This document shows, one piece after another, positions 39,050-46,065 of a DNA stretch of 64,000 bases (positions are counted from its first letter, which is position 1; each line of letters opens with the position of its first letter). Both the position numbers and the translations under genes were made by a program. Location: positions 1 through 64,000 of IMG/VR virus record IMGVR_UViG_3300047160_005790. One strand, written 5' to 3'. The stretch is from a virus (taxonomy: Duplodnaviria > Caudoviricetes). Below the pieces are notes generated by a model. That model was given only the letters and a program-made list of their open reading frames with translations, did not search any database and was not told where the DNA came from.

Positions 39050-40486
39050 ATGGCTACATTCGGCAAAACAACCGCGGGCGTTCCCGGCGTATTCTTAACA
39101 GCCCGAGAGTTTGCTATGCCGTTCGCCTTGTCGGCTGCCGGCACAGCAACGGCGATTAACTTGAAGGTGGCCGGTGACAACCCCGGCGGCTCGGGCAACC
39201 AACAGGTCATCTGCTGCATTTACGCCGACAGCAGCGGCTCGCCAGGCGCGTTGCTCGCGACGAGTGCCGCTTTTACGGTGACGCCTGGCCTGGCAGCCGC
39301 CTATCAGGCGATGACCATTTCTGGCGGTGTTCATCTAGCGGCAGGTACGTATTGGCTCGGGTTCTATCAGCAGTCAGCAGCGAACCCGGTTATTCGGGTG
39401 TACTACGACAACGTCACGAACGCCTCGAAGTCAATCATTGGCCCGACGTTCCCGGCTCTCAACAATCCGTTCGGATCAAGTGGCATCGTCAACGAGACGT
39501 ACGAGTTCTGTATCAATGCGACGTACACTCCGGACGCGACGCCGATCGTTCTAAATATGACGACCGGCATCCCGAGCCAGGTCGCCGTGGGGACTGGCTC
39601 TTCGATCGTGCTTCAGGCCGTCGGCGTCGGCGCACCGTCGTCGCAAGCTCAGATAGGCGTTGGAACGAACGTCGTTTTGACGCCGCCACCGCCCGGCCCT
39701 CCGGCAGATGTTCCGCCGCCGCCGATACCGCCGCCGCCCGCTGGCGGTGTGCCGCTGCCGTTTCCTGTTCAAGATAATGTGAGTTTCGGCGACGCCGTGT
39801 ATAAGTTGCTGGCGCCGATCGCTTACGCCGATCCGATCAACAACTACAATTTGCTAACTTTCGTGCGCGGGCTCGGCGAGATGTTCCAGGAACTCGACGA
39901 GCTGGCACACGTCGATACGACGATCAACGACTCACCTTGGTCATCCTTGCTCGATATCAACCGATCGAAGGACGAGTACCTGAGTTGGCTCGGGCAGTTT
40001 GTTGGCGTCGAAATCGATCTTGGCCTATCGCTCGATGATCAGCGGCAGCAGTTGCGTAGCCACGAAGGCTGGAATCGCGGCACGGTCGCAGCGCTCAAGA
40101 AGTCGATTCAGAAGTATCTGACTGACGGACAAGTTGTCGTCGTCATCGAGCGCTATCCGGACGCCTACAGCCTCGTCGTCAGCACGTACGCCAGCGAGAC
40201 GCCGCCGAGCCAAATCTACCAGGACCTTTACAACACGTATACGACGTACGGCAACTTCTTCGGGTCGTGGGGCAGTTACTGGATATTCTGGATGTCGATC
40301 ATCCCGAACTTGATCGAGTACGTCTTGCAACAAACGAAGCCTGCGGGCCTCGTCCTGAGCTACCAAATTCTGCCCGGGACGCCAGGTACTTACTCAGCGT
40401 ACTCGGTGATTTTCGTTGAGTTTGCTTCTTACAGAGAACTTTGGAACGCTGAACAAACGTACCAGGACGTCTACATTCAATTCTGA
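39050..40486 (+). CDS. Baseplate I (P2 gpI-like) protein with N-terminal beta domain and Pro linker
   Basis: LLDI.....YLSWLGQFVG...R...RGTVAALK. Confidence 0.75.
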   Translation: MATFGKTTAGVPGVFLTAREFAMPFALSAAGTATAINLKVAGDNPGGSGNQQVICCIYADSSGSPGALLATSAAFTVTPGLAAAYQAMTISGGVHLAAGTYWLGFYQQSAANPVIRVYYDNVTNASKSIIGPTFPALNNPFGSSGIVNETYEFCINATYTPDATPIVLNMTTGIPSQVAVGTGSSIVLQAVGVGAPSSQAQIGVGTNVVLTPPPPGPPADVPPPPIPPPPAGGVPLPFPVQDNVSFGDAVYKLLAPIAYADPINNYNLLTFVRGLGEMFQELDELAHVDTTINDSPWSSLLDINRSKDEYLSWLGQFVGVEIDLGLSLDDQRQQLRSHEGWNRGTVAALKKSIQKYLTDGQVVVVIERYPDAYSLVVSTYASETPPSQIYQDLYNTYTTYGNFFGSWGSYWIFWMSIIPNLIEYVLQQTKPAGLVLSYQILPGTPGTYSAYSVIFVEFASYRELWNAEQTYQDVYIQF

Positions 40487-40497
40487 GGGAGGGGGCT

Positions 40498-41244
40498 ATG
40501 CTCTCAAGTACCCGACGCGGCATTCAGTTTCCGAATCCGGATCGCAGCGATCGGCCGGACATTCCGCGTCACATCAAGTACCTGATCGACGCACTCGAAG
40601 TCGATGCCGTTTACATCGAGAACACCGACGCAAATCGCCTAGCGACTACGCACATGGCAGGCGTGTTCTGGTGGACGACGGACACGCAGTTGATGTGGTT
40701 CGACGACGGCACGGCCTGGCACCTGATTTCCGGATCACAGTCCGGTACGAGCTTCCCAGTTTCGCCGACCAACGATCAGGAGTTCGTGTACGTCGCCGAT
40801 GCCACGACGCCGATTTACTGGCGCTTCAAGTACAACGCCTCGATGTCCATGTGGATCTTCGTCGGCGGCGACGAGTTGTTCTCGGAAGTCACGACTGCCG
40901 AGGCGACCAACTCTGCGACCTACGCGAACCTCACGACTGTCGGCCCTAGCGTCACTGTGCCGCGCGCCGGAGACTACCTCATCGAAGTCGGCAGCGAAAT
41001 CGCGCTTTCTGCTGGTGCACAAACTGCCTGGGTGAGCTTCGACATCGCCGGGGCGGGCGCGGTTGACGCCGACGGCTTTCGCGCCTCGGGCACGTCCTCC
41101 CTTGTCGCACAAGGTTCTCGTATGCGCAAGAAGACATCCGTGGCGGTCTTCTCGACTGTCATCGCGAAGTACAAGTCGGACGGCACCAACAACGCGACGT
41201 ACGGGCGGCGGTGGATGCGCGTCAAGCCGATTCGGGTAAGCTAG
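40498..41244 (+). CDS. Tail fibre protein
   Basis: Follows gpI; FWWTTDTQLMWFDDGTAW; beta-rich C-terminus. Confidence 0.6.
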   Translation: MLSSTRRGIQFPNPDRSDRPDIPRHIKYLIDALEVDAVYIENTDANRLATTHMAGVFWWTTDTQLMWFDDGTAWHLISGSQSGTSFPVSPTNDQEFVYVADATTPIYWRFKYNASMSMWIFVGGDELFSEVTTAEATNSATYANLTTVGPSVTVPRAGDYLIEVGSEIALSAGAQTAWVSFDIAGAGAVDADGFRASGTSSLVAQGSRMRKKTSVAVFSTVIAKYKSDGTNNATYGRRWMRVKPIRVS

Positions 41245-41253
41245 GGGGAGGAC

Positions 41254-41475
41254 ATGACGCTAGACGATACGATCACCAAGTTGCGAGGATGGAACTACTC
41301 GGTCGAGCCCGCTCAGCCGAGTACGGACGAGGAGTCGGCGCTCACCTACCTCGTCAGCGGCTTCGGGTTGTCGGTGTACGTTGACAAGGATGACACCGAG
41401 TTTTGGGACAGCCTCGCAGACGACAACGCGCAAGCCGAGCGAGCACAACAAGATCAGGACGCTTCTGCCGTCTAA
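41254..41475 (+). CDS. Small protein, possible fibre chaperone
   Basis: Synteny; ATG after GGAGG. Confidence 0.5.
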   Translation: MTLDDTITKLRGWNYSVEPAQPSTDEESALTYLVSGFGLSVYVDKDDTEFWDSLADDNAQAERAQQDQDASAV

Positions 41476-41699
41476 TGACTAACGGACAGGCACAAAAGGG
41501 TCAGGGCTCGCCGCGCTGGGCGATCGTCCGCGACATGCTCCTGTTCCTGGGCGGCTTGTTCGGCGTTCTTCACCAGGAGTTCGTCGCCAGCGACCCGAAG
41601 CCCGCCTTGCTCGTATTCTACGGCGCGATGATGGGGCTCCCGGCCTACCTCAACTTTCCGCTGAGGCGGAGCAATGGGAATTCAACGGCTAACTCGTGA
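41475..41699 (+). CDS. Holin-like membrane protein
   Basis: TAATG coupling; two predicted TM segments. Confidence 0.55.
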   Translation: MTNGQAQKGQGSPRWAIVRDMLLFLGGLFGVLHQEFVASDPKPALLVFYGAMMGLPAYLNFPLRRSNGNSTANS

Positions 41700-42000
41700 C
41701 GACTATCGCTGGCTGATCGGCGGCTTCTGGGGCCATCTCCTCGCTTACGTGATATTCGTCGTGGTCGCCGTCGTCGGCCTCGCGCAGTACTCGAACCGGC
41801 AAGACGACAAGGTCGCCCGCAACACGGCCGCGACCTGCCTGATCGTCAGCAACGAGGTCAAGATCACAGAGGCCGTCGTGTTGAACTCGCGGGCGATCGA
41901 GGAGATCGAGCGGACGGTGCCGACGGACGTCGCCCCGGCGTCGGTGGCGTCGCTGGAGGCGATCATCAACGAGCTGGAGACGCTCGACAAGAAATGTTAG
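41674..42000 (+). CDS. Membrane protein (lysis accessory-like)
   Basis: One N-terminal TM helix followed by a helical region. Confidence 0.55.
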   Translation: MGIQRLTRDDYRWLIGGFWGHLLAYVIFVVVAVVGLAQYSNRQDDKVARNTAATCLIVSNEVKITEAVVLNSRAIEEIERTVPTDVAPASVASLEAIINELETLDKKC

Positions 42001-42005
42001 TCGAG

Positions 42006-42659
42006 CTAGCGAAAGTGACTTTTGTGCTCGCCTTCCGGGGCCGTCGCTCCGCCGGGCGAGCTGCCGCGTTTGTAGTCTAGGTCGCGGCGACGCGCGCTGA
42101 TCGTCTCGTTGCGCAAGTTTGACCAGGCGGTATACTGCTCAAGTAGTTCGAGTTCGCCCGCGAGCGGTCGCTGTTCCAGGCTGAGGCCATCTGGCAGGTC
42201 GAAGATTTTGGCCGGGATGATCTGACAGAACGTCTCGCCCGCTTCCCAGCTTACGATGCCGGGGCGCGTATGCTTCCAATTCATCGTAAAGGTTGCTACT
42301 GCCCAACTCGTCTCGACGATACCCGTGAGCGCGAATATGCCGTCCTTCGGCTCGTTGAGCGGACCGCCGACGATCAGCTGAACGCCGGGCTCCGTTCGGA
42401 ACAGGCAGTTGACGTGAAAGGTAACGATGCCCTGTCCGAAGTGACTCGTCGCCGGAGGCGTCGTTTTCAAGCTAGCGATTCCTGGCCCGCCCTCCCAGGC
42501 TGATTCGACCGGCGCCGCGAGCTTCAAGTCGAAGCCGACTTCGTTGGCAATCACGAGTGGCTGGCAGAGGTAGGCGAAGCGGCCAGGAGACTCGTCCATC
42601 CAAACCCTGCGCTTGCTGCTCGGAGCAATGTCGATCGGCTTCAGGAAGTAGGCGATCAT
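42006..42659 (-). CDS. DUF6065-like protein
   Basis: R.WMD...FAY.C.PL.IAN..G, SHFG.GIVTF...LFRT.PG and TFTMNWK.TRP; ATG at 42659. Confidence 0.65.
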   Translation of the reverse strand: MIAYFLKPIDIAPSSKRRVWMDESPGRFAYLCQPLVIANEVGFDLKLAAPVESAWEGGPGIASLKTTPPATSHFGQGIVTFHVNCLFRTEPGVQLIVGGPLNEPKDGIFALTGIVETSWAVATFTMNWKHTRPGIVSWEAGETFCQIIPAKIFDLPDGLSLEQRPLAGELELLEQYTAWSNLRNETISARRRDLDYKRGSSPGGATAPEGEHKSHFR

Positions 42660-43045
42660 GCGACTGCGCGAGCCACCCAGCCGCGCTCGTTCGTGAGCTT
42701 GACGAGCGCCGACTTGCCGAAGCGTTCGTGCGAGGTAGCGAGCGCCCAGCTGGCGACGTAGGTTATGCGCTCGATAACGGCCAAGTCGTACGCTTCGTAC
42801 CAGCGCGCCCATTCGAGCCGAAGGGCGGCGCGTTGTACGTCGTCGTTGCTCGGGTAGTCGCCAGGTCGCTCGCCCCAGGCGACGAGGCTTTGCGCCAGGG
42901 CATGTTCGACGCGCCGACCGCGGCGGCGCTCGGCGGCAGTGCGGTCGGGCAGCGCGAGGTAGTACGCGACTGTCGCGACGCCGCTGCTCAGCCGGGCGGC
43001 CTCGATGATCGACAAACGTTCCGGCGTAAGGGTTTCGTCGGTCAT
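42656..43045 (-). CDS. Hypothetical protein (start uncertain)
   Basis: 3' part of ORF 42656..43303; overlaps the next gene's start by 4 nt. Confidence 0.45.
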   Translation of the reverse strand: MTDETLTPERLSIIEAARLSSGVATVAYYLALPDRTAAERRRGRRVEHALAQSLVAWGERPGDYPSNDDVQRAALRLEWARWYEAYDLAVIERITYVASWALATSHERFGKSALVKLTNERGWVARAVA

Positions 43046-43203
43046 CAGGCCCGAAACCGCGTAGCGGTCGAGGTAGCGGCCGTTAGGGGCGTTCCAGACG
43101 ATGTCAGCCTCCGTTTGCAACCCGAAACCCCCCGAACCGGCCTCGGGGCCGCCCCGACGCCTAAATTCCTGCTGCACGGAGCCTGACAATTTGCAGGGAG
43201 GCC

Positions 43204-43488
43204 CTAGCTCGGAGCCGAGGTTTCGGCCGCGCCGGTCGCCGTAGGGCTGCTCGGGGAGGCTGCAACGCCCGGCGTGGGGCCGGGCGGGCCGGTATCGGGC
43301 CACGTCGGTACGCTCGTGAAGCCGCCCGCGGGCGGCAGGACGAACAGCTTCTTGTTCCCCAGCACGTCGATCGCGTTCACCGTAATGTTGCCGAGGTTGT
43401 TCTGATCGACGATCTCGTAACCGACTTCCACGCCGAGCCTCATGGCGAGGCTGCCGAACGCGAGCATCTGTGGACGGGTGAGCTTCAT
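43204..43488 (-). CDS. Hypothetical protein with Pro-rich tail
   Basis: ATG after GAGGAG. Confidence 0.55.
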   Translation of the reverse strand: MKLTRPQMLAFGSLAMRLGVEVGYEIVDQNNLGNITVNAIDVLGNKKLFVLPPAGGFTSVPTWPDTGPPGPTPGVAASPSSPTATGAAETSAPS

Positions 43489-43489
43489 A

Positions 43490-43711
43490 TCACTCCTCGA
43501 AGTATTGGCTAGGCGGGGGCTTCGGCGCTTTGCGTCGCTTATTTGGCTTGTTGATGTTTCCGATCAGCAATACGGCCTCTTCGACTTCGCGCTTCAGGGC
43601 TGCCTTCTCTTCACGCAACCGACGGATCGTACGCTTGGCGTTATCGAGTTCTCGTCGTAGTTGCTCATTTTTGAGGAGGGCTTCCCAAAGCGCATCGTCT
43701 TCTGGCATCAC
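43490..43711 (-). CDS. Small coiled-coil protein
   Basis: Heptad-like LRRELDNAKRTIRRLREEKAALKRE. Confidence 0.55.
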   Translation of the reverse strand: MMPEDDALWEALLKNEQLRRELDNAKRTIRRLREEKAALKREVEEAVLLIGNINKPNKRRKAPKPPPSQYFEE

Positions 43712-44109
43712 TTCGACTTGCGGCTGATGACCGCCTTCCCTGTCTTAGACTTGAGGAACGCGGCCTGTGCCTCGGGCTTCGTGCCGGGGCGCAACTTGTA
43801 CACCGCGCCGGTCGGCGCTGCCTTGAGGCGGATGCTCGCCTTCACGGGCGGGCTGTCGCTTTCGGCGATTTCTGTCTCGCCGCCGAACTTGGTACGCTCT
43901 TGGCCCTTGCGCCAGCGCTCGCCCTTCTTCTGCGGGGGCTTGTAGGCGTACTTGATCGAGACGATGCCGGGAACGGTGAAGTCCTCGCCCGCTTCGATCT
44001 CTTCTGCCGCGATCTCGGCGAGCGCCCGCAAGACATGCTTGGTGAGGTTCTGGCCGACGCCAGTCATGTCCTCGATGTCGGCAGCGATCTCACTCATGTT
44101 GAGTGCCAT
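43708..44109 (-). CDS. HU/IHF-like DNA-binding protein
   Basis: MSEIAADI..TGV...TK.VL.AL.E....I..GEDFTVPGIVSI...KP helix/beta-arm pattern. Confidence 0.8.
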   Translation of the reverse strand: MALNMSEIAADIEDMTGVGQNLTKHVLRALAEIAAEEIEAGEDFTVPGIVSIKYAYKPPQKKGERWRKGQERTKFGGETEIAESDSPPVKASIRLKAAPTGAVYKLRPGTKPEAQAAFLKSKTGKAVISRKSK

Positions 44110-44122
44110 AGTACTCCTTCTG

Positions 44123-44365
44123 TTACTCGATTGCGAGCGAGGCCGTGTCCTCGCCCGAGTGTGACCCTCGCACGGTTACGTTGATCGAACCGGCGAAGTT
44201 GTTGGGGAAGAACAGGTCGCCTTCGCCGTTGTTCTTGATGGTGCGCTTTTCCTCGCCGTCCACTTCCAGCGTCGCCTCGGAACCCTTGATGACTTCGTCG
44301 CCGTCGCCTTCGGTGGTCCAGCCGACTACGACGACCTTGCGAGTGTTCAAGATGCTTAGCGTCAC
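44123..44365 (-). CDS. Small beta-rich (Ig-like) protein
   Basis: GTG after GAGGAGG; alternating beta pattern. Confidence 0.5.
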   Translation of the reverse strand: MTLSILNTRKVVVVGWTTEGDGDEVIKGSEATLEVDGEEKRTIKNNGEGDLFFPNNFAGSINVTVRGSHSGEDTASLAIE

Positions 44366-44375
44366 GCGATCCTCC

Positions 44376-44909
44376 TCAGATCAGGCCGCAGTAGCGAGCC
44401 GTATTCGGCCAGGGTCCGAACCCGAGGCCGCTGTCGTAGGCGGCTTCTGCCACCCAGATCTGTTCGAGCGGCGTCCAGTGATCGGCAGTGCCCTTCGTTG
44501 CGAGTAGGCGAGAGCCGTGTGCCTGCTGGAACGCGATGTCCATCTGAAGGCCGCCGTAGTACGGGCCGTTGGGATCGTTCCAGGCCCCTTCGTAGTGATG
44601 AATGCACATCCACGCTGCGTAGTGCGGCGGGTGCGTGAACGCTCGCCGTACTTTCGCAGCCCTGCCCTTCCACAGCCGGTAGATCCAGCGATCGAAACCG
44701 CAGGCATGCGGTCGCTCGGCGCGAGCGCTGTACGTGAGTCGGGCACCCATGACCCGCTGCATGTACCAGACGTGCTGCCTGTAGGTTTGAATTGCTGTGA
44801 TCGTTCCTGTACACGCTTCCCTCTTCTTCTCAGCTTGGGCTGTTTGTCCCGTCGCGCCCCCTAGCGCGACCAAGAGGACGACAACGGTTAGTGACAGCTT
44901 GCGCTTCAA
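44376..44909 (-). CDS. Secreted Rpf-like transglycosylase/lysozyme
   Basis: Signal peptide MKRKLSLTVVVLLVALGG...AQA; WMCIHHYEG...YYGGLQM...EQI..A...G.GPWP..CG. Confidence 0.85.
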   Translation of the reverse strand: MKRKLSLTVVVLLVALGGATGQTAQAEKKREACTGTITAIQTYRQHVWYMQRVMGARLTYSARAERPHACGFDRWIYRLWKGRAAKVRRAFTHPPHYAAWMCIHHYEGAWNDPNGPYYGGLQMDIAFQQAHGSRLLATKGTADHWTPLEQIWVAEAAYDSGLGFGPWPNTARYCGLI

Positions 44910-45024
44910 TGGTATCCCCTCTTCTGTCGCTTACGAGTCCTCCGCTCATATTGAGAGCGGGCACGCTCGTGTGTCTTCAGCTATCACCCTCTTTCCTGAA
45001 TCGTTTTGTGATCTGTCCAAAGCA

Positions 45025-45270
45025 TTACATGTTTGTCGCCTCGTTGACGGCCCGCTCAAGCTCCGCGAGCGCAAAGTGCATTTTCTCGGCCGTTCCGAAA
45101 GCGGCAGATAGGCCAGCCTCGTGCTCGTCATCGACAAGACGGGCCGCTTCCGCGACGGCGACGAGCGGCTCCCACAGCTGATCCCGAACACGTGGGTCGA
45201 GCGAAGAATCGATGAGACGTTCCATGCGCGGAGTGAGTTCGCGGAGCCGGTCGAACACAGACTCGGTCAC
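45025..45270 (-). CDS. Hypothetical protein
   Basis: GTG start inside junction repeat copy 1. Confidence 0.6.
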   Translation of the reverse strand: MTESVFDRLRELTPRMERLIDSSLDPRVRDQLWEPLVAVAEAARLVDDEHEAGLSAAFGTAEKMHFALAELERAVNEATNM

Positions 45271-45449
45271 GCTTCCGCCTCCGCGACGGGCGGCCCCTTC
45301 CGCCAGACGGTGAACTTGTCGCAGCCGGGGCAGCGCTCCAGATGGTGCGTCCGGATCATCTTCTCGGCCCACTCTTGCCAGGCAACATAGCCGGACGGCT
45401 CGCGGCGGTAGAAGCGGCCCTTGCGGCCACAGTGAGGACAGGCGTTCAC
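45267..45449 (-). CDS. Small Zn-finger protein
   Basis: CPHC and CPGC motifs; begins in repeat copy 2 and ends in copy 1. Confidence 0.65.
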   Translation of the reverse strand: MNACPHCGRKGRFYRREPSGYVAWQEWAEKMIRTHHLERCPGCDKFTVWRKGPPVAEAEA

Positions 45450-45477
45450 GCTTCCGCCTCCGCGAGAGCAGCAGGGG

Positions 45478-45720
45478 TCACGAGACGGCCTCGATCAGTG
45501 CTTCGATGTCGAACCCGAACGTGTGCCACTCGACCTGTACACCACCATCCCCACAAGGGACGAGCGCAGGCACCGGCCAGCCAGCGGCGACGAGGATCGA
45601 CGCAAGCTCCTCAGCCTTGGCGAGCGCGACGGGATTCGGCGGAACGCCGCCGTAGCTGTCCCAGCCGTCTTCAAGGTTTCGCAGGTGCTCGACCTGAACG
45701 GCGATGGTGCTCCTGTCCAT
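45478..45720 (-). CDS. Hypothetical protein
   Basis: L..GWDSYGG.PP...W..PA.VP..DGGVQ.EW pattern; ATG at 45720. Confidence 0.6.
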   Translation of the reverse strand: MDRSTIAVQVEHLRNLEDGWDSYGGVPPNPVALAKAEELASILVAAGWPVPALVPCGDGGVQVEWHTFGFDIEALIEAVS

Positions 45721-45864
45721 CACGCCGCCCACCGCCCTTCCATCCATCCGTATTGAAGTAGCTGCTGATAGGCGGGGGTCACGCTTCCTCCCCCGCGAGA
45801 GCAGCGCGAGCCTTCATACGGGCCTCAGCGCCCTCGATGGGCATGATCCTCACGTACTCGCCAT

Positions 45865-46065
45865 TCACATCGTCCTCGCACCGATTGTGAAAGCGATTCT
45901 GTGAACTACAAAGCATCCTTGCCCTGACACCTTTATCCAGCCGTACCCGGCATCAAATGTTTTGCCAGGCCAGAGAAGGCAACGATCGGTGCGCTCGATC
46001 TTCCCGCCGATAGCGAGCAAGAAAGTGGCGCGAGCTTCTCTAGTAATCGGCTTGAAGTTTGGCAT
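45865..46065 (-). pseudogene. Truncated HNH homing-endonuclease remnant
   Basis: CLLWPG...GYG.I.....VHRIAF is the HNH_3-type N-terminus; it stops before the H-N-H core; AT-richer; TAATG-coupled to dnaE. Confidence 0.7.

Larger units (their letters stand above)
45267..45805 (-). repeat. Three dispersed 20-27-bp gene-junction repeats
   Basis: TCACGCTTCCGCCTCCGCGA(GAGCAGC) at 45267 and 45446, and a 2-mismatch copy at 45779. Confidence 0.9.

Noticed and set aside
36586-41244. Diversity-generating retroelement acting on the fibres
   Set aside because: No reverse transcriptase and no near-identical template/variable repeat pair differing at adenines. The lyase-domain paralogs differ broadly.
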